Positions 30,880 through 43,053 of a stretch of DNA of 64,000 nucleotides are shown one piece after another; within the stretch, counting starts at the first letter, position 1; each line of letters starts with the position of its first letter. The notes under the pieces were generated by a model. That model ran no database searches and had not been told where the DNA came from. It saw nothing but the letters and a program-made list of their open reading frames with translations. The DNA is from Caecitellus pseudoparvulus (lineage: Eukaryota > Protista > Bigyra: Bicosoecida): the NCBI GenBank assembly GCA_965644315.1, contig CBFFRQ010000018.1, forward strand, positions 434,001-498,000. The letters run 5' to 3'. The translations under genes were made by a program, and so were the position numbers.

Positions 30880-33135
30880 TCACTTGCTGGCCGCATGTCC
30901 AGCCGCTGGGGCGGTGATGTCGAAAGGGGCCCACCGCTTCGCAAACGCTGCCGCCTCTGCCGCCTCGGCGGATGCAGTCGTGGCTGATGCCTTGCGGCCC
31001 CAGCCACCTGGGGGCAGCCCCATCATGCCAGCGACAATGTCCAGGCCCCAGTTGCGGGGGAAGCGGTCAGCGTCCTCGATCACGTGGGCATAGCCGCCAC
31101 CCCGCCAGCCAACGTGGAAGTACGCAAACCCGGACGGCACCGCTCCACGCAGGCCCTTGCCCCGGCAGTCAATGACGGCCTTGTTCGTGGACCACTCCTC
31201 TGCTTCCGACAACGCCTTGTGGAAGAAGATGGGCGCGTCCTCCGCCACGGCCTGCTCCATGGGCAAGCACTGGATGTAGGCGTGGCCTCGCGAACCATCG
31301 CGCCCGCCCACCTCCAGGAACACTGGCTCCTCGCCCTCTGCCGCGAACATGGCGAACAGCGCCGCCTTGAAGGCGTTCGCCTCCCGGTACACCTCCTCGT
31401 CTGCCAGGGTCATGCTGGCCACGTGCTCCTTTGGCACGATGAGAACATGCCCAGGCACAAGGCGCTGCCAGGGAGGCAGAATCAGGAGGCAGTGCCGCCC
31501 CAGCGCCACCACCATGTGTGATTTGAACCTATCACTGGTTAGACACAGCTGACACGTTGCCGTGGTCTTCTCCCAGGCCCGTGTCGCTGCCACGGCCCGC
31601 GCCTTGTCCTTGGCTGCCGCGGCCTGGCCCGTCAGGCGAGCGGCGTCGCCTTGGAACAGCCGCATGTCCACAGGCCCGGAGCCGCCCGCGCCCGTGCCTT
31701 CGCCGTCGGTGGCCTTCCCGCTGCTGACGTCCACGCCCATGCCGTCCCCCCGAAAGCGCTTGCCCATGCGCATAATGTTCCGCGCAAAGTCCTCGTCCAA
31801 GTTGGCCCGCCGGCCCGACATGCGCTCCGAACGCAGCAGCTCAGTGACGTCTTGCCCGCCGCTGCCTGCCTTGCTGGCCTGCACATCTTCGGGAAAATAC
31901 CCGTGTCCCATGGACGTCCCCTGCGCCAGGGCCACTGCGGCCTTGCGCTTGCCCTTGCGGTGTCCAGTGCGCGTGTCGTCCCGTTCAAGCACGGCCGGTG
32001 CCGCCCTGGCCCCAGGGCCCACCAGGCTGGGAATGGGCCTGCCCCCGGCATCCAGAGGTGTCACCACCACCACTTCCTCCTTTGTGGGGGGAGCAGCAGC
32101 GCCTGGCGTGGCGCTTGCCTGTCCCAGGCTGCTCAGTCTCGCCTCATACTTGGCCACAGCTGCTAGGTCCCCCCTGAGCCGCGCCTTCATGATCTTGGAG
32201 CTCAATTTGTTGCGTTGGGCCGTCAAGTCTGTGCCTGTCGCCGGTGTGTGGCTGGGGGCAGCTGATGGCGCCAGGGGCAAAGCTGGGGCTTGAGAGGGCC
32301 GCGGAGCAGGGACTGTGGGAGCTGCCTGTGGAGCTTGTGGTACGACACGAGATCGCCAGCCTGAGGGCGCCGCTGCAGGGTCACTGGAGGCTCCTGCCCG
32401 GGCACGCCAGCCCCCGCTGGTGGGTGCAGGGGGCCCGCGAGGGCCAGGGGCGGGGGCAGCGGTGGCGGCACGTGTGTGTCCCGCCATGCGACGGGCATGG
32501 TGCTTGAGGGCGTCAAGCAGCAGCTCGTCAGGAAGAGGGGGACTCCCAGCTCTGCGCCTCGCCTGGCGATGTGCTGTGCTGCCGGGCTGGGGCTGTGGTG
32601 CTGCTTCCGCGCCGGCAGCGCCGGGAACTGGGTCCGGACAGTACAAGCCGTACGGCTCCTTGTTGGTCGGGTTGCGCAGCCCCGCCTCCACCTCCGCCTT
32701 GATCGCTGCCAGTGCCTTGGCGTACGTTTCTCTGTCCAGCGTGCTGCCATCAGGTGGGCCGTCTTCGTCTGCAGGGGGGGGCGGCCCCTGAACAGCTGCT
32801 GCTGGCTCGGGGCGTCGAGGCGGAGCTTGCATCCAGTCCATGCGCTGGGGCTGGCCGCTGCCGAGACTGTGGAGCTGCGGCGTCTGGGAAAGAGAAGCCT
32901 CCACGCCAGGCAGCAATGCAGGCCTCGGCGCCGCTGCCCGAGGGTGTGTATCTGCAGGCCTGCCGCGGCGCTTGTGCTCGGACTCTTGCCTGTGCCTGCG
33001 GTCCCTGCCACGATCCTGAGAGCGTGGGTGCCCAGAGTTTGACTGCTTCCGGCGTTCTTTCCGGGCTGCATCAAGCTCTCGCCGCCTATCAAGCTCGGCC
33101 TTGGAAATGAACCTGCGCAACGAGCGAGCAGCCAT
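30880..33135 (-). CDS. CWF19L2: CWF19-like protein 2 (CwfJ C-terminal domains)
   Basis: NKLSSKIMKARLRG, CQLC, LVPGHVLIVPKEH, HAYIQCLP, APIFFHKAL, EWSTNK and AYFHV. Start taken at MAARSLRRF (33135). Confidence 0.9.
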   Translation of the reverse strand: MAARSLRRFISKAELDRRRELDAARKERRKQSNSGHPRSQDRGRDRRHRQESEHKRRGRPADTHPRAAAPRPALLPGVEASLSQTPQLHSLGSGQPQRMDWMQAPPRRPEPAAAVQGPPPPADEDGPPDGSTLDRETYAKALAAIKAEVEAGLRNPTNKEPYGLYCPDPVPGAAGAEAAPQPQPGSTAHRQARRRAGSPPLPDELLLDALKHHARRMAGHTRAATAAPAPGPRGPPAPTSGGWRARAGASSDPAAAPSGWRSRVVPQAPQAAPTVPAPRPSQAPALPLAPSAAPSHTPATGTDLTAQRNKLSSKIMKARLRGDLAAVAKYEARLSSLGQASATPGAAAPPTKEEVVVVTPLDAGGRPIPSLVGPGARAAPAVLERDDTRTGHRKGKRKAAVALAQGTSMGHGYFPEDVQASKAGSGGQDVTELLRSERMSGRRANLDEDFARNIMRMGKRFRGDGMGVDVSSGKATDGEGTGAGGSGPVDMRLFQGDAARLTGQAAAAKDKARAVAATRAWEKTTATCQLCLTSDRFKSHMVVALGRHCLLILPPWQRLVPGHVLIVPKEHVASMTLADEEVYREANAFKAALFAMFAAEGEEPVFLEVGGRDGSRGHAYIQCLPMEQAVAEDAPIFFHKALSEAEEWSTNKAVIDCRGKGLRGAVPSGFAYFHVGWRGGGYAHVIEDADRFPRNWGLDIVAGMMGLPPGGWGRKASATTASAEAAEAAAFAKRWAPFDITAPAAGHAASK

Positions 33136-33562
33136 CTGGTGTGAAGTTGCGGAAATCGGATGTTGCTCAAGTCGCCGTTCGCACCGCATGGGCTTGCTCA
33201 TGGCTGATACCAAGCTGGAAGGCCGCACAGCGCCACAAGCTACAACAACACCAATGTATTTCTCGTGTAGAGCAGTGGAGTGTGCGCTTAAATTTGGCAC
33301 GGCACAGCAGGTGCACGCGGGGACTGCGTAGCATGCTGCCGCCACTCACGGCTTCTAACTTGCTGCACTCGGATATGCGGCTATGGCCTGGAGAGTGTCC
33401 GACCGTGACCTCTCCTTGCTGCGTATCGGCCAGTTTAGGCGTCCTCTACCAGCAAGGGCACCGCCCCCACTGAGCCCTTGGGCGACTGGATCGAGATGCA
33501 TTCTCCACGCACTGCCCACTCAGCAAACCTGCTGTGGACAAGGAAAGTGCCCGTGTGAGGCC

Positions 33563-36101
33563 CTACTCCTCGCTGACCTCCGCTGTGGAGCTGCTCAACA
33601 AGTCGCCCACCAGCTCCACACCCTTCTTGCGCTCCACCATGACTGCCTGCACATCCAGCTCAGCCGCGAGAGCCTTCGTGGCGTCCACCAGCGCAGCTGT
33701 CAAGCCCAGGCCAGTGGCGAGGTCAACTGCAGCGACTCGAGCAGGCGTGCTCGGGGCAAGGCCCGCTGCTGCGATGGCCGCTTCGGGCAGTGCCGCCGCG
33801 TCCAGAACGGGCCCAGCACTGGCGTCCACCAGCACCAGCCACTGTGGAGCCACAGCCTTGCCTGATGCAGCGGCCACAGCTTCGCAGCGCTCCTGCACTG
33901 TCGTCACGTACTGCGCCAGCTTCACAGAAGCAGCGTGTTCGCCTGGCAGCAGCTCTGAGCCGCCAGTCACGATGGAGCCCGGCATTGCCTCAGCCGGCAC
34001 GACGATGGCGACAAGAAACGGAGCTGCCACCCCTGATGGTGGAGTGATGTCGGCCGCCTGCAGAACTGCCATGTAGCTCTTCGCCTCCGAGTCCACCTGG
34101 CGCAGGGCCAACTTGCGCAGGGTAGAGCCCTTGTGCGCGTCCTGTGTGAAAGGCTCTACGTAGTCCACGTTGCCGATACCAGGCAGCAGGAGGGACTGGG
34201 AGTACCCCTCCCACTCCTCCTTCAGCATGGTCCACTCTGGGACGAAGAAGCTGCCCTTGTCATGCACGCCTTGCCCAGTGGCGCCCCGCACAGTCGCTGC
34301 CAGTGCGGGGCTGGGCGCCAGCAGCAGCATGCCTGGGATGACAGCCTCGCCTTCCATTTGCTTCTTGATGAGGGTTCCCGTCTCGAAGCCGGACGCTTGC
34401 GTGGCCAGGAGGGGCTGCAGGTGGAAGCCTTTGGCCTCCAGCTGCGCGACGAGTCCAATGGCAGACAGGCGGACGCACTGCAGGGAGGCGAAGCCCTTGG
34501 ACATCTCGGCTAGGATGAACGCTGCCGCGGTGGCGACGGCGGGCAGTGCCTCCTCCACATCCCCCTCCTCCAGGGCTGCCTCCACGCTGGACACGGCCTC
34601 CTGAATGGAAGGGAAGCTGGGCGCCGGCATGCCCTCTGCAAGAGGCGCCGCTGTCCCCCGCAAGGTGCTCGCGACCATGTTGACAACAGAGCCGCCTTCA
34701 GACCCGAAGCCCTGCTCCACCATGTGTTGGAAGAAGGCTTGGGCATGGAACACGCCAGCTCGAGTGGGGTTCGCAAAGTCGCCAGCTGAGTCACGCTCCT
34801 TCTGAATGCCCAGCAAGCTGCACACTGCACGCATCTGCTCACTCGTCAAGTGGCTGCGGGTGTCGATGCAGTCAACAGAGCCCAGGGTGCCCATCCTGCC
34901 GAAGTGCTTGATCTGGGACCTCGTGATCCAGGAGTCCTTCAGCAGCCCGTACAGCGAAATGGACTGCAGGACGTGCAGCACGCTCTTGGACAGCTTGGCT
35001 TCGAAGCTAAAAGCGGAGTGCACGGCGCCGCCGGTGTACGTGCTGTCCTGTCCCGTGAGCTGTGCGAGCGTGGCGGAGCAGCCCCACTCCACCTGGAACT
35101 TGGCCAGAACTCGCTGCAGCACCTTGACCATGGTCTTCTTGCTGAACTTGCGCCCCTTGTACTCCCCGTCAGAGTCCGACGCTTCCCCGTCCTCACTGTC
35201 GCTGTCCATGGCTTCGTCCATGCCAGGCAGCTCGTCAGCCAGCTCCTGCAACGCCTCCAGGCCGTCCTCCATGCCACTGGCGATGTGAATGGAGAGGATG
35301 ATGACTTGGCCGGTGTGGCCTGCGATGGGGCTGGGGCAGGGCGGGCTGATGGCAACTCGCGAGATTGGCACGACCTCCTGTGCCATGGGCAGCAAGTTCT
35401 CAGCCACCGCTGTCAATGCCTCGGCAGCATCGGCTAGCGCATCCAGGTTGGCGTCGTCGGTGAGCCCAATCACAAACTGCAGCGTGCCACCCTCTTCGTC
35501 TTGTTCCCCCATCTCCGAGCTGCTCTGCCCGGCAATGTCGGGCTGCACGGTGAACTTCAGTCCGCAGGCAACCTCCGGCATGCTCAGAATGCCGTGCATG
35601 TCCTTGCCCTCGAAAGTGTCACCGGAACTGACACCGATGTTGATGTCCATGGTGCCTTTGGGGGCGTTGGCGGAGGAGCTCCCCAGGCGGCTCATGACGT
35701 CCTTGGCCTTGGCTGCCAGCAGCTGCTTGCGCAAAGCCAGGCGCAACAGCGCAGGAGCTGAGCCTTCGTCCTGGTCCTCCCCATCCAGGATGAACGCCTC
35801 CAGCTCCGAATACTCGATGGAGCCGTTGCCATCTGCATCGAGTTCTTCGAACGCTTGCTCCAGCTGCTCGTCTGTCATGGTGCGGCCCTGCGAACAACAC
35901 ACAAGCTGGGTCGTGCGCCGAGGCGTGGTGGAGTGCCTGCTGCACTGCACTGCGCACCAGCGAAAAGCACAGCACCCGCAGCTCATCACGGTCGATGGTG
36001 CCTGACCCATCTGCATCAAACAGATCGAACGCCTCCTTCACTTGCTCCTTGGAGATGCCACTTTTTGCAGCGCTCGCAGGCACAGCCTCGGACGCAGACA
36101 T
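33563..36101 (-). CDS. EF-hand pair protein with large uncharacterised C-terminal region (paralogue A)
   Basis: Canonical loops DADGSGTIDRDE and DADGNGSIEYSE; intron 35957-35888; colinear similarity to the gene at 36509-38958. Confidence 0.85.
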
Positions 36102-36508
36102 GGTTGCAGCAGCGGCTGGTGTCTTGACACGTCTTCTTGGATGGCTTTGGGAGGAAAGCGAAAGGAGAGTAGACTACAGTGCAGAATCCGTGAGGTCTTG
36201 TGGTGGACTTGGATTTGCCCCGGCGCCTCCCACCTCCGCGCACGGCCACGTGCGCATGGCCAGCTGGTGTCACTTGCGAGGGGGGTGCTGAAACGAATGG
36301 TTGCAGGGCTGGCGCGCGTGCTTGACCGGTTCCTTGGGAGTTCCACGCAAGGTTCGCTGATCACTTCAGAAGCCACTCTCATTCACATTTGCACACCCCA
36401 CCGACACGTGCCCTCTCTTCCCGCTGCGCCCGGCCGTTCAGACTACATGCAGGCAGCTGTCACACCGCTTCCTCTGCACCACACTCCGCACCCCACCACG
36501 CCAACACC

Positions 36509-38958
36509 ATGGCCGCCGCGCCCAGCTCGACTGAAGAGTCCAAAGCCAAGCCCGCCCTGTCAAGGGAGCAAGTCGAGGCAGTTTTCAAGACGTATGATGT
36601 CGACGGTGCGTCGCGCATGGCGGTGCATAGCGTAGCGTGGCAAAGTGCAGGTTCGGGTCTCTGGCTTGCACAGGCAGCGGCACTATCGACAGGGACGAGC
36701 TGCAGATCATGGCCTTCGAGCTGGGGAGGTTGCTTGAAGGCGAAGAGCTGGAGAAAGCCTTCACAGCTCTGGATGCTGACGGCAACGGCAGCATCGACTT
36801 CGAGGAGCTGTACGCATGGCTGAACGGGGAAGGTGCAAGTGCCGGTTCCGGGCAGATTCACGCGAAGCTGCGTGCAACGCTCATGGGCCGCATCGCCAAG
36901 GATCGCATGAGTCGCCTGCAGACGCGCATGCAGACTGCAGCTGCCGGTAGCGCAGACTTTGCGCCCAGCCGCTCTGGCAGTGTGGACGTCGACGTCAAGT
37001 ACACGTGGGGCGCTGCGCACGTCGAGGAGCCGAAGCTCGGCGTGCACGTCGAAATCGGTGGAGCAACTGACGTGCCGACGCTGAAGGACCTGCCAACCGA
37101 AGAAGAGGACCGGGCGGCCATCCAGATTGCCCTGCAGCTTGCTGACGAGGTGTCTGATGAGGATGCGGCGTCCCTGGTCGAGACCCTGAACAAGATCCTG
37201 CAGGTCACTGCAGACCCCATCAAGGAGGCCCTGGAGGACGACTTGCCCATCTCCCGCTTTGAGCTGACTGGGCCCATTGCAGCCCAGGCTGTGGACACCC
37301 CAGCGGGCGAAGGCGCTGCCACGGCGGCAGGCACTGCCTTGACACGCGTCATCGTCCTGCGCGTCTTTGTGAAGAAGGACCCCATGAAGCCTGTGCTGCG
37401 TCCACTGATGAAGGCCATGGGCGGTGCTCTCGGCGAGGACGTCGAAGAAGCCAGCGTGGAAGACCTCATCGCGCGCCTTGCAACCGTGCTCACCGTCGAC
37501 GTCGGCACTTCGCAGTCGCTGGGCGGCATCCTGGGCATTGAGGGGTACGCCGGTGGCGCAGACGGCACCACTCTGCACATCAGCGGTAAGGTCAGCAAGG
37601 CCCTCGTGGGCATGGCCAGCTCCCTGCGGGCGATGAAGGAGCTGGAGGTCTTTGAACAGGACGAGGAAATGGAGGGCTTGGACCAGCTGCTGGGCCTGCA
37701 GCAGGTGCTGGGCACAGAGCACTTCAAGGTGGCCGCACGTATGCAGCCGGCAGCGCAGCTACTGCAGACTTCGGCCATTGCCCTGCGCTGCCACAGCGAC
37801 TATGACGAGTGGGAGGCCTCCAGGCGCCGGAAGCCCATGGCGCTGCACGTGGACCCTGTGTCTTTCATGACCTCCTACTTCTTCAAGGCTGCCTTCGAGA
37901 TTTTCCACAACATGACACGGCACGGAAGTGCGGCGTTCGGGTCGGATGAGGTCAAAGTGGTGACCTTTGGCCTCATTGGCCAGCCAGAAGGTTTCGTCAG
38001 CGAGGCGGACGTCACGGCTGCTCTGGAAGACATGGACGAACAGTCTGCCATTCGCGCGATGGCGTGGGTGGGACGCCAGATCATGGAAAAGGTCAAGAGC
38101 GTGCACTCCGTTCGCCTGGCAGGGCGCGGTGCAGGCGTTGTGGGGACGTTCACCGGGCTGGATTTGCAGCCCATCGCGTCCACCTTGGAGAAGCTCATCA
38201 TGCAGGTGAAGGCTGACGGGGAGGTGTACGAGGATGACTCTGACAAGCTCAACCGCCAGATTTCGCCCTTCTACATTGTGTCAGGGGATGACGTCATGGG
38301 AGACGCGTTCCAGCTGTGGCTGGGCACACGTGGCCTGGACAGCAGCGACCACTCGTACTCCCAGAGCTGCAGAGTGGCTTTCACGTCATCCTTCCTTGCT
38401 TTGGGTGTCCAAGAGCCGTCCCATAGCAAGCCTGGTTGCCGCCTGCTTGTGAGGGACGGTAAGCTTGAGGCATGGCGCAATGTGTACAAGGAGAGCGACC
38501 GGCTGGGGAAGATGGCCAGGTCATACGATGACTGCGGGCCAATGGTGATCACGTGCCTCGTCCGCGGCCAAGACATCCCCGGCGCCCTGGTGGGTGGCGC
38601 GGCCGCTGGCGGGCAAGCTGGCAAGACCGCCTCCAACATTGCGGGTCTCTTGCCAGAGCTGTTGGAGCAGGTGCGCGGCCAGCAGAAGGAAGAGTGGGAC
38701 GACGAAGAAGACGAGGATGAAGTGAAGCTCAGGAAGCTCTGTGCGCCGTGGGTAGCCATCGTTGTGGATGCTGCGGGGGGTGTGCCCACAGCTGGGGCTG
38801 CGGCGGCAGCGCGGGCTGCGCTGGGAATTGGGGAGCAGGAGGGCGGCCACCCCGTTCACGTGTCTTTCGTGAACCTTGCTAGTGGCGCTGGCGTTGCCGC
38901 CAGCCTGGATGCCACCGCTCGAGATGTGAAAACATTCATTGCTCAGGAGCAGGCATGA
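36509..38958 (+). CDS. EF-hand pair protein with large uncharacterised C-terminal region (paralogue B)
   Basis: Loops DVDGSGTIDRDE (split by intron 36606-36673) and DADGNGSIDFEE; head-to-head with paralogue A. Confidence 0.85.
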
Positions 38959-39034
38959 GAGATCACCTGCACCACCGTGAAGTGTGCTGCTCCGTGAGCT
39001 GCAAGAATGCATGCTGCGGAGCCCCCTGCTGTCA

Positions 39035-41532
39035 TCACAACACTTTGAAGTGGGCTTGGGCGGCCTCACCGGCTTTCCCCACAAAGAAGCACCAAGCGAC
39101 TGTCATGAGCAGCCCCAGCACGAGCATGGCGATGGCGCCGCCTGGGCTATCTTGCACGTACAGCTGCACGCCAACTTCCACGCTCCACACAGGCTCTGTC
39201 CACAAGGGGTCCACTTCGGATGCTTGGTTGGCCAGAATATGCAGGGAGTTCGTGATGAGGGTGGACTTGGCATCGTGCAGGTAGGCGTGCCCAAGCACAC
39301 ACTTGCCGAACAAGCACTCAAAAGAATTGGAGCCCGAGGCAGCGGCACACTCTGCGGTGCTGGAGCAAGTCCCATTGACCAAGGAGGCAGTTGCGTTCGC
39401 AAGGAGGATCTTGGTCACTGCCTCGGCGATGGAAGTCGGCACCACCACCCGTGAGGAAGAAATGCTGGGGCGCTGGAAGATTCCCACGAAACGGCTCAGT
39501 GGCCCTGCTGGTAGCGCAGATGCCGGTCGCCCCAGAGCAGAGGCAAATAAATCGCACTGTGCGCTCTTAGTGAAGCACTGCGAGGAGAGCAAGGGGGGGG
39601 GGTTGCACTGCACGACGAAGAGGATGGCGGGGTCGGTCAACGCACCTCAACTAGCTGCTGCACCAGGCTTGTATCCACCTTGAGCGACGAAGGAACCATT
39701 GCCAAAGCTGCAGTGGCGTTCGATTCTCCCGTGGCCAATGCAAACATGCTGCGCGCAAGAACGTTGGCTGCCTCCTCAACTGCGCGGGAGAGCGGGGAAG
39801 GATGCGGAGGCGAGTAAAGCGGCACGGTTCGCGAGAGCCACTGCGCGGGAGACGGGCGCACCTGCAGTCGCATTGATGTTGTCTGGACCATCCAATTCAG
39901 ATCCGTAGAATGCGTTGGTGAAGGTGCCGCCAACGGAGCGAGTCAGCACGGCACCATTGACCAGGCTGGACTTTGCGCGCAGCGCGTCCAGTGGGGAGGG
40001 GGGCACAGCCTGCACAGACGATACACCAACAGAGGTCGCCAAGGATTGACCAGCCCCTTGGAGCACGGCTTGCAGGAAAGTAGGGGCAAAAGACCGGGCT
40101 GGCGCTGTGGCTGCAAGGCCGTTGGCATACATGCCGAGAGCGGGCGGCGTGAAAGGGGGGTCCACCTGCCCAGGCAGCCTGGGAGTACCGACCTGCTGCA
40201 CTGCGATGGCATGCACGATGTTGCTGACATTGCCCACGGCCTGGAATGCCATGTCTGTCCGGACAGGGTTCAGGCATAGGGGCTTGCCGGTGGGGGAGGC
40301 GTTGCCCCACTTCAGGCGGTCAGGCTCACACGTGAAGGTCTCGACGTCCTGCACCCACTGCCGGCTCCCCAGACGCCCCAGCTGCTCGCCTTGAAATGCA
40401 CCCCACAGCATGCCTAGAGGAAGCTGCGTCAGGTTCCACCGGCCCTGCCGGTGCCCCTCGCCCAACGCAGACGCTGCGGCGATCACGGCCACTACCCCAG
40501 AGGCGGCGGCATCGGCACCGAAGGCCAGGTCATGAAACTGCGCCAGTGCGTCGGCAGCTGCAACTGCCATGACGTACTGGCGTTTGTTGGGCTCCTGCAC
40601 CTGGTCGGTGAAGTTTGCCCACAAGGGCGTGGAGCTGGCCCAGACAGTTTGACCCCCCATGTAGTCACAGGTGCCCTCCTGCAAGCACCCTGAGCTGTCC
40701 AGGGTGCCAGGACCCATGGGGAACCACATGCGCACTGCATGTGCTGGGTACGCATCTGCACCTCGTTTGCGGTTTTCGCGTGCCTTGGCCAGGACGTCCT
40801 GGGCAGTCGAGCCAGACACAGCAACCATGGGTATAGAGTAGAAAGTGCTCGCTAGCCCAGTGGCGTTCAGCACCCACGGATGCTGCACGTACTGCACCCC
40901 GCTGTCTGCAGCAGTCTCGCCCCCGCCTGAGCCAGGGGCCAGAGACAGCAGGTGCGGTGCCAAGGCAGACACGCCAGTCGAAGTAGGGCCAGTGGCAGCG
41001 GCGAAGCCAGGAGCCAGCGGCGTCTCAGCAGGCAGCAATATGAGGCCTTTGACGCTGCCATGTTTTCGCATGGGGTCTAAGAATCGGGGCGCCGCGAAAT
41101 TTGGCGCAGCCACTATGACACGCTCCACCTCAGGCAGCGTGTCAAAGAAGGAGCTGTGCGGGTGAAGCGGTGCGAAACCGCAGTGAAACGCCGGCTGCGT
41201 ACTCGAGCGCCGGGCGCTGCACGCACTCGTAGTCGCGTTGGGACTCGAGGAGGTAGAGTGTACCACTGTCACCTTTGATGGACGCTGCAGGTGGGAGCGC
41301 GGCAATGTTCAGGGCGAGCGTTCAAGGTCCAACACACAGGACACGCACACGAGCAGCCGACATCCCGACTGTCTGCAGTCAACAAGCGCGTGCAGGGTGA
41401 CTGGCGCAGCTCTGTGTACAGCTTGGTCTGGAAGGTGAACTCCAGCGATTGGTCAGAAGCCCCGCTGTGCACGAGGCCGCAAAGCATGCATGCTGCAAGC
41501 GCGAGTGCTGCGCTGCAGCGCCGCTCGGCCAT
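39035..41532 (-). CDS. NCSTN: Nicastrin (gamma-secretase subunit)
   Basis: Signal peptide; spliced PCTRLL...GCSSSIKGDSG, CLQEGTCDYMGGQTVW, FQGEQLGRLGSRQW, WTEPVW and a single C-terminal TM; four GT-AG introns. Confidence 0.88.
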
Positions 41533-41733
41533 GCTGCGCCTTGGCAGCAGCCGGCCTCGGATTGGATGGCGAGGCCACAGCCGACGCAGATTTCGACAGC
41601 ATGCACGACAAAATCAAATCAAACGGGATTATACGTGACCTTCTGCATTGCTACCTCAGCCTCCGCGCACGCCAAGCTGAGGCAAGCATTCTTGCAGCGC
41701 AAGCTTTCGCCAGCTCAGCGAGCCCCCGGCGAC

Positions 41734-42991
41734 ATGAAGCTCCTTGCAGCCGTGCTGGCTACAGCGGCTATCTCAGTGGCGACTGCAGCCCCACCCCGGT
41801 GGCACGAGCTGGATGGGTACTCGTTTGCAGACTACATGAAGGTGAGCAGAGCTGAAGCGGCAGGCAAAGCCACGACGTGCCAAGTGCACTGCACTTTCGC
41901 AATTCATCGCACTGCTTGTGCTACCCCTGCGTGCTGCCCCGCAGGACTTTAACAAAGGCTACACCGTCGGTAGCGATGAGTGGAAGGCGAGAGAGGCCCT
42001 GTTCACTGCTGAGCTTGCGCGTGTGCGCGCCCACAACGCCAAGGACGCATCCTGGCGCGCTGGCGTGAACCACCTGTCAGACGCGACGGAGGCAGAGGCC
42101 AGCCGCCTGAACGGCCTGCACAAGGGCCTGCTGCGGTCCCAGAAGTTTGCTGACGCACCCCCCTCTCTGACCAAGCCTCAGCCCCTCCCTGCCTCGGTGT
42201 CGTCTGTGCCCCTCGCCGCGCTGCCCAAGTTCGTGGACTGGCGCCAGAAGGGTGTCGTCACGGCTGTCAAGGACCAGGGCCACTGTGGTTCTTGCTGGGC
42301 CTTCGCCTCCACCGGCACCATCGAGTCCCATGTCGCCATCAACACTGGCATCCTGGAGGACTTGAGCCCCCAGCAGCTCGTCTCCTGTGCAGCCAACCCC
42401 CAGCACTGCGGCGGAACGGGTGGCTGCCAGGGCAGCATTCCCGAGCTCGCCTTCGACTACGTCAAGGCTAACGGCCAGTCCTCAGAGTGGACCATGCCCT
42501 ACACGAGCTACTCGGGGGCCAGCAACGGCCAGTGCTTCTACAACGCCACTGGCGCCACCCCTGCCGTGGCGCACGTGGATGGGTATGTGAAGCTGCCCTC
42601 CAACAACTACACCTCCATGATGCAGGCTGTGGCCCTGGTGGGCCCCGTCGCTGTCAACGTCTGGGCGCTGCCTTGGAAGAGCTATGAGGGTGGCGTCTTT
42701 TCAGGCTGCGACTTCGCCGACAACATCGACATCGACCACGTCGTCATCCTCATCGGGTACGGCACTGACGCTTCCACAGGGCAGGACTACTGGCTCATCC
42801 GCAACTCCTGGTCCCCACGATGGGGCGAGCAGGGCACCATTCGCTTGGCGCGCCATTCCAATGCTCAGTGCGGCACGGACAGCTCGCCCTCGGACGGCAC
42901 TGGCTGCGACAACGGCCCGTCCGCTGTGACGGTGTGCGGCCAGTGCGGCGTCCTGTACGATGGCTCTTACCCCACAGGCGCCACCATCTAA
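41734..42991 (+). CDS. Papain-family (C1A) cathepsin L-like cysteine protease
   Basis: Signal peptide, I29 prodomain (VNHLSD), QGHCGSCWAF, DHVV, WLIRNSW; intron 41842-41944. Confidence 0.95.
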
Positions 42992-43053
42992 ATGCACGTG
43001 CACCCCTCGCTCTCACTGCATTGGCTACGCACAGCTGTGCTGTGTGTCTCCCA

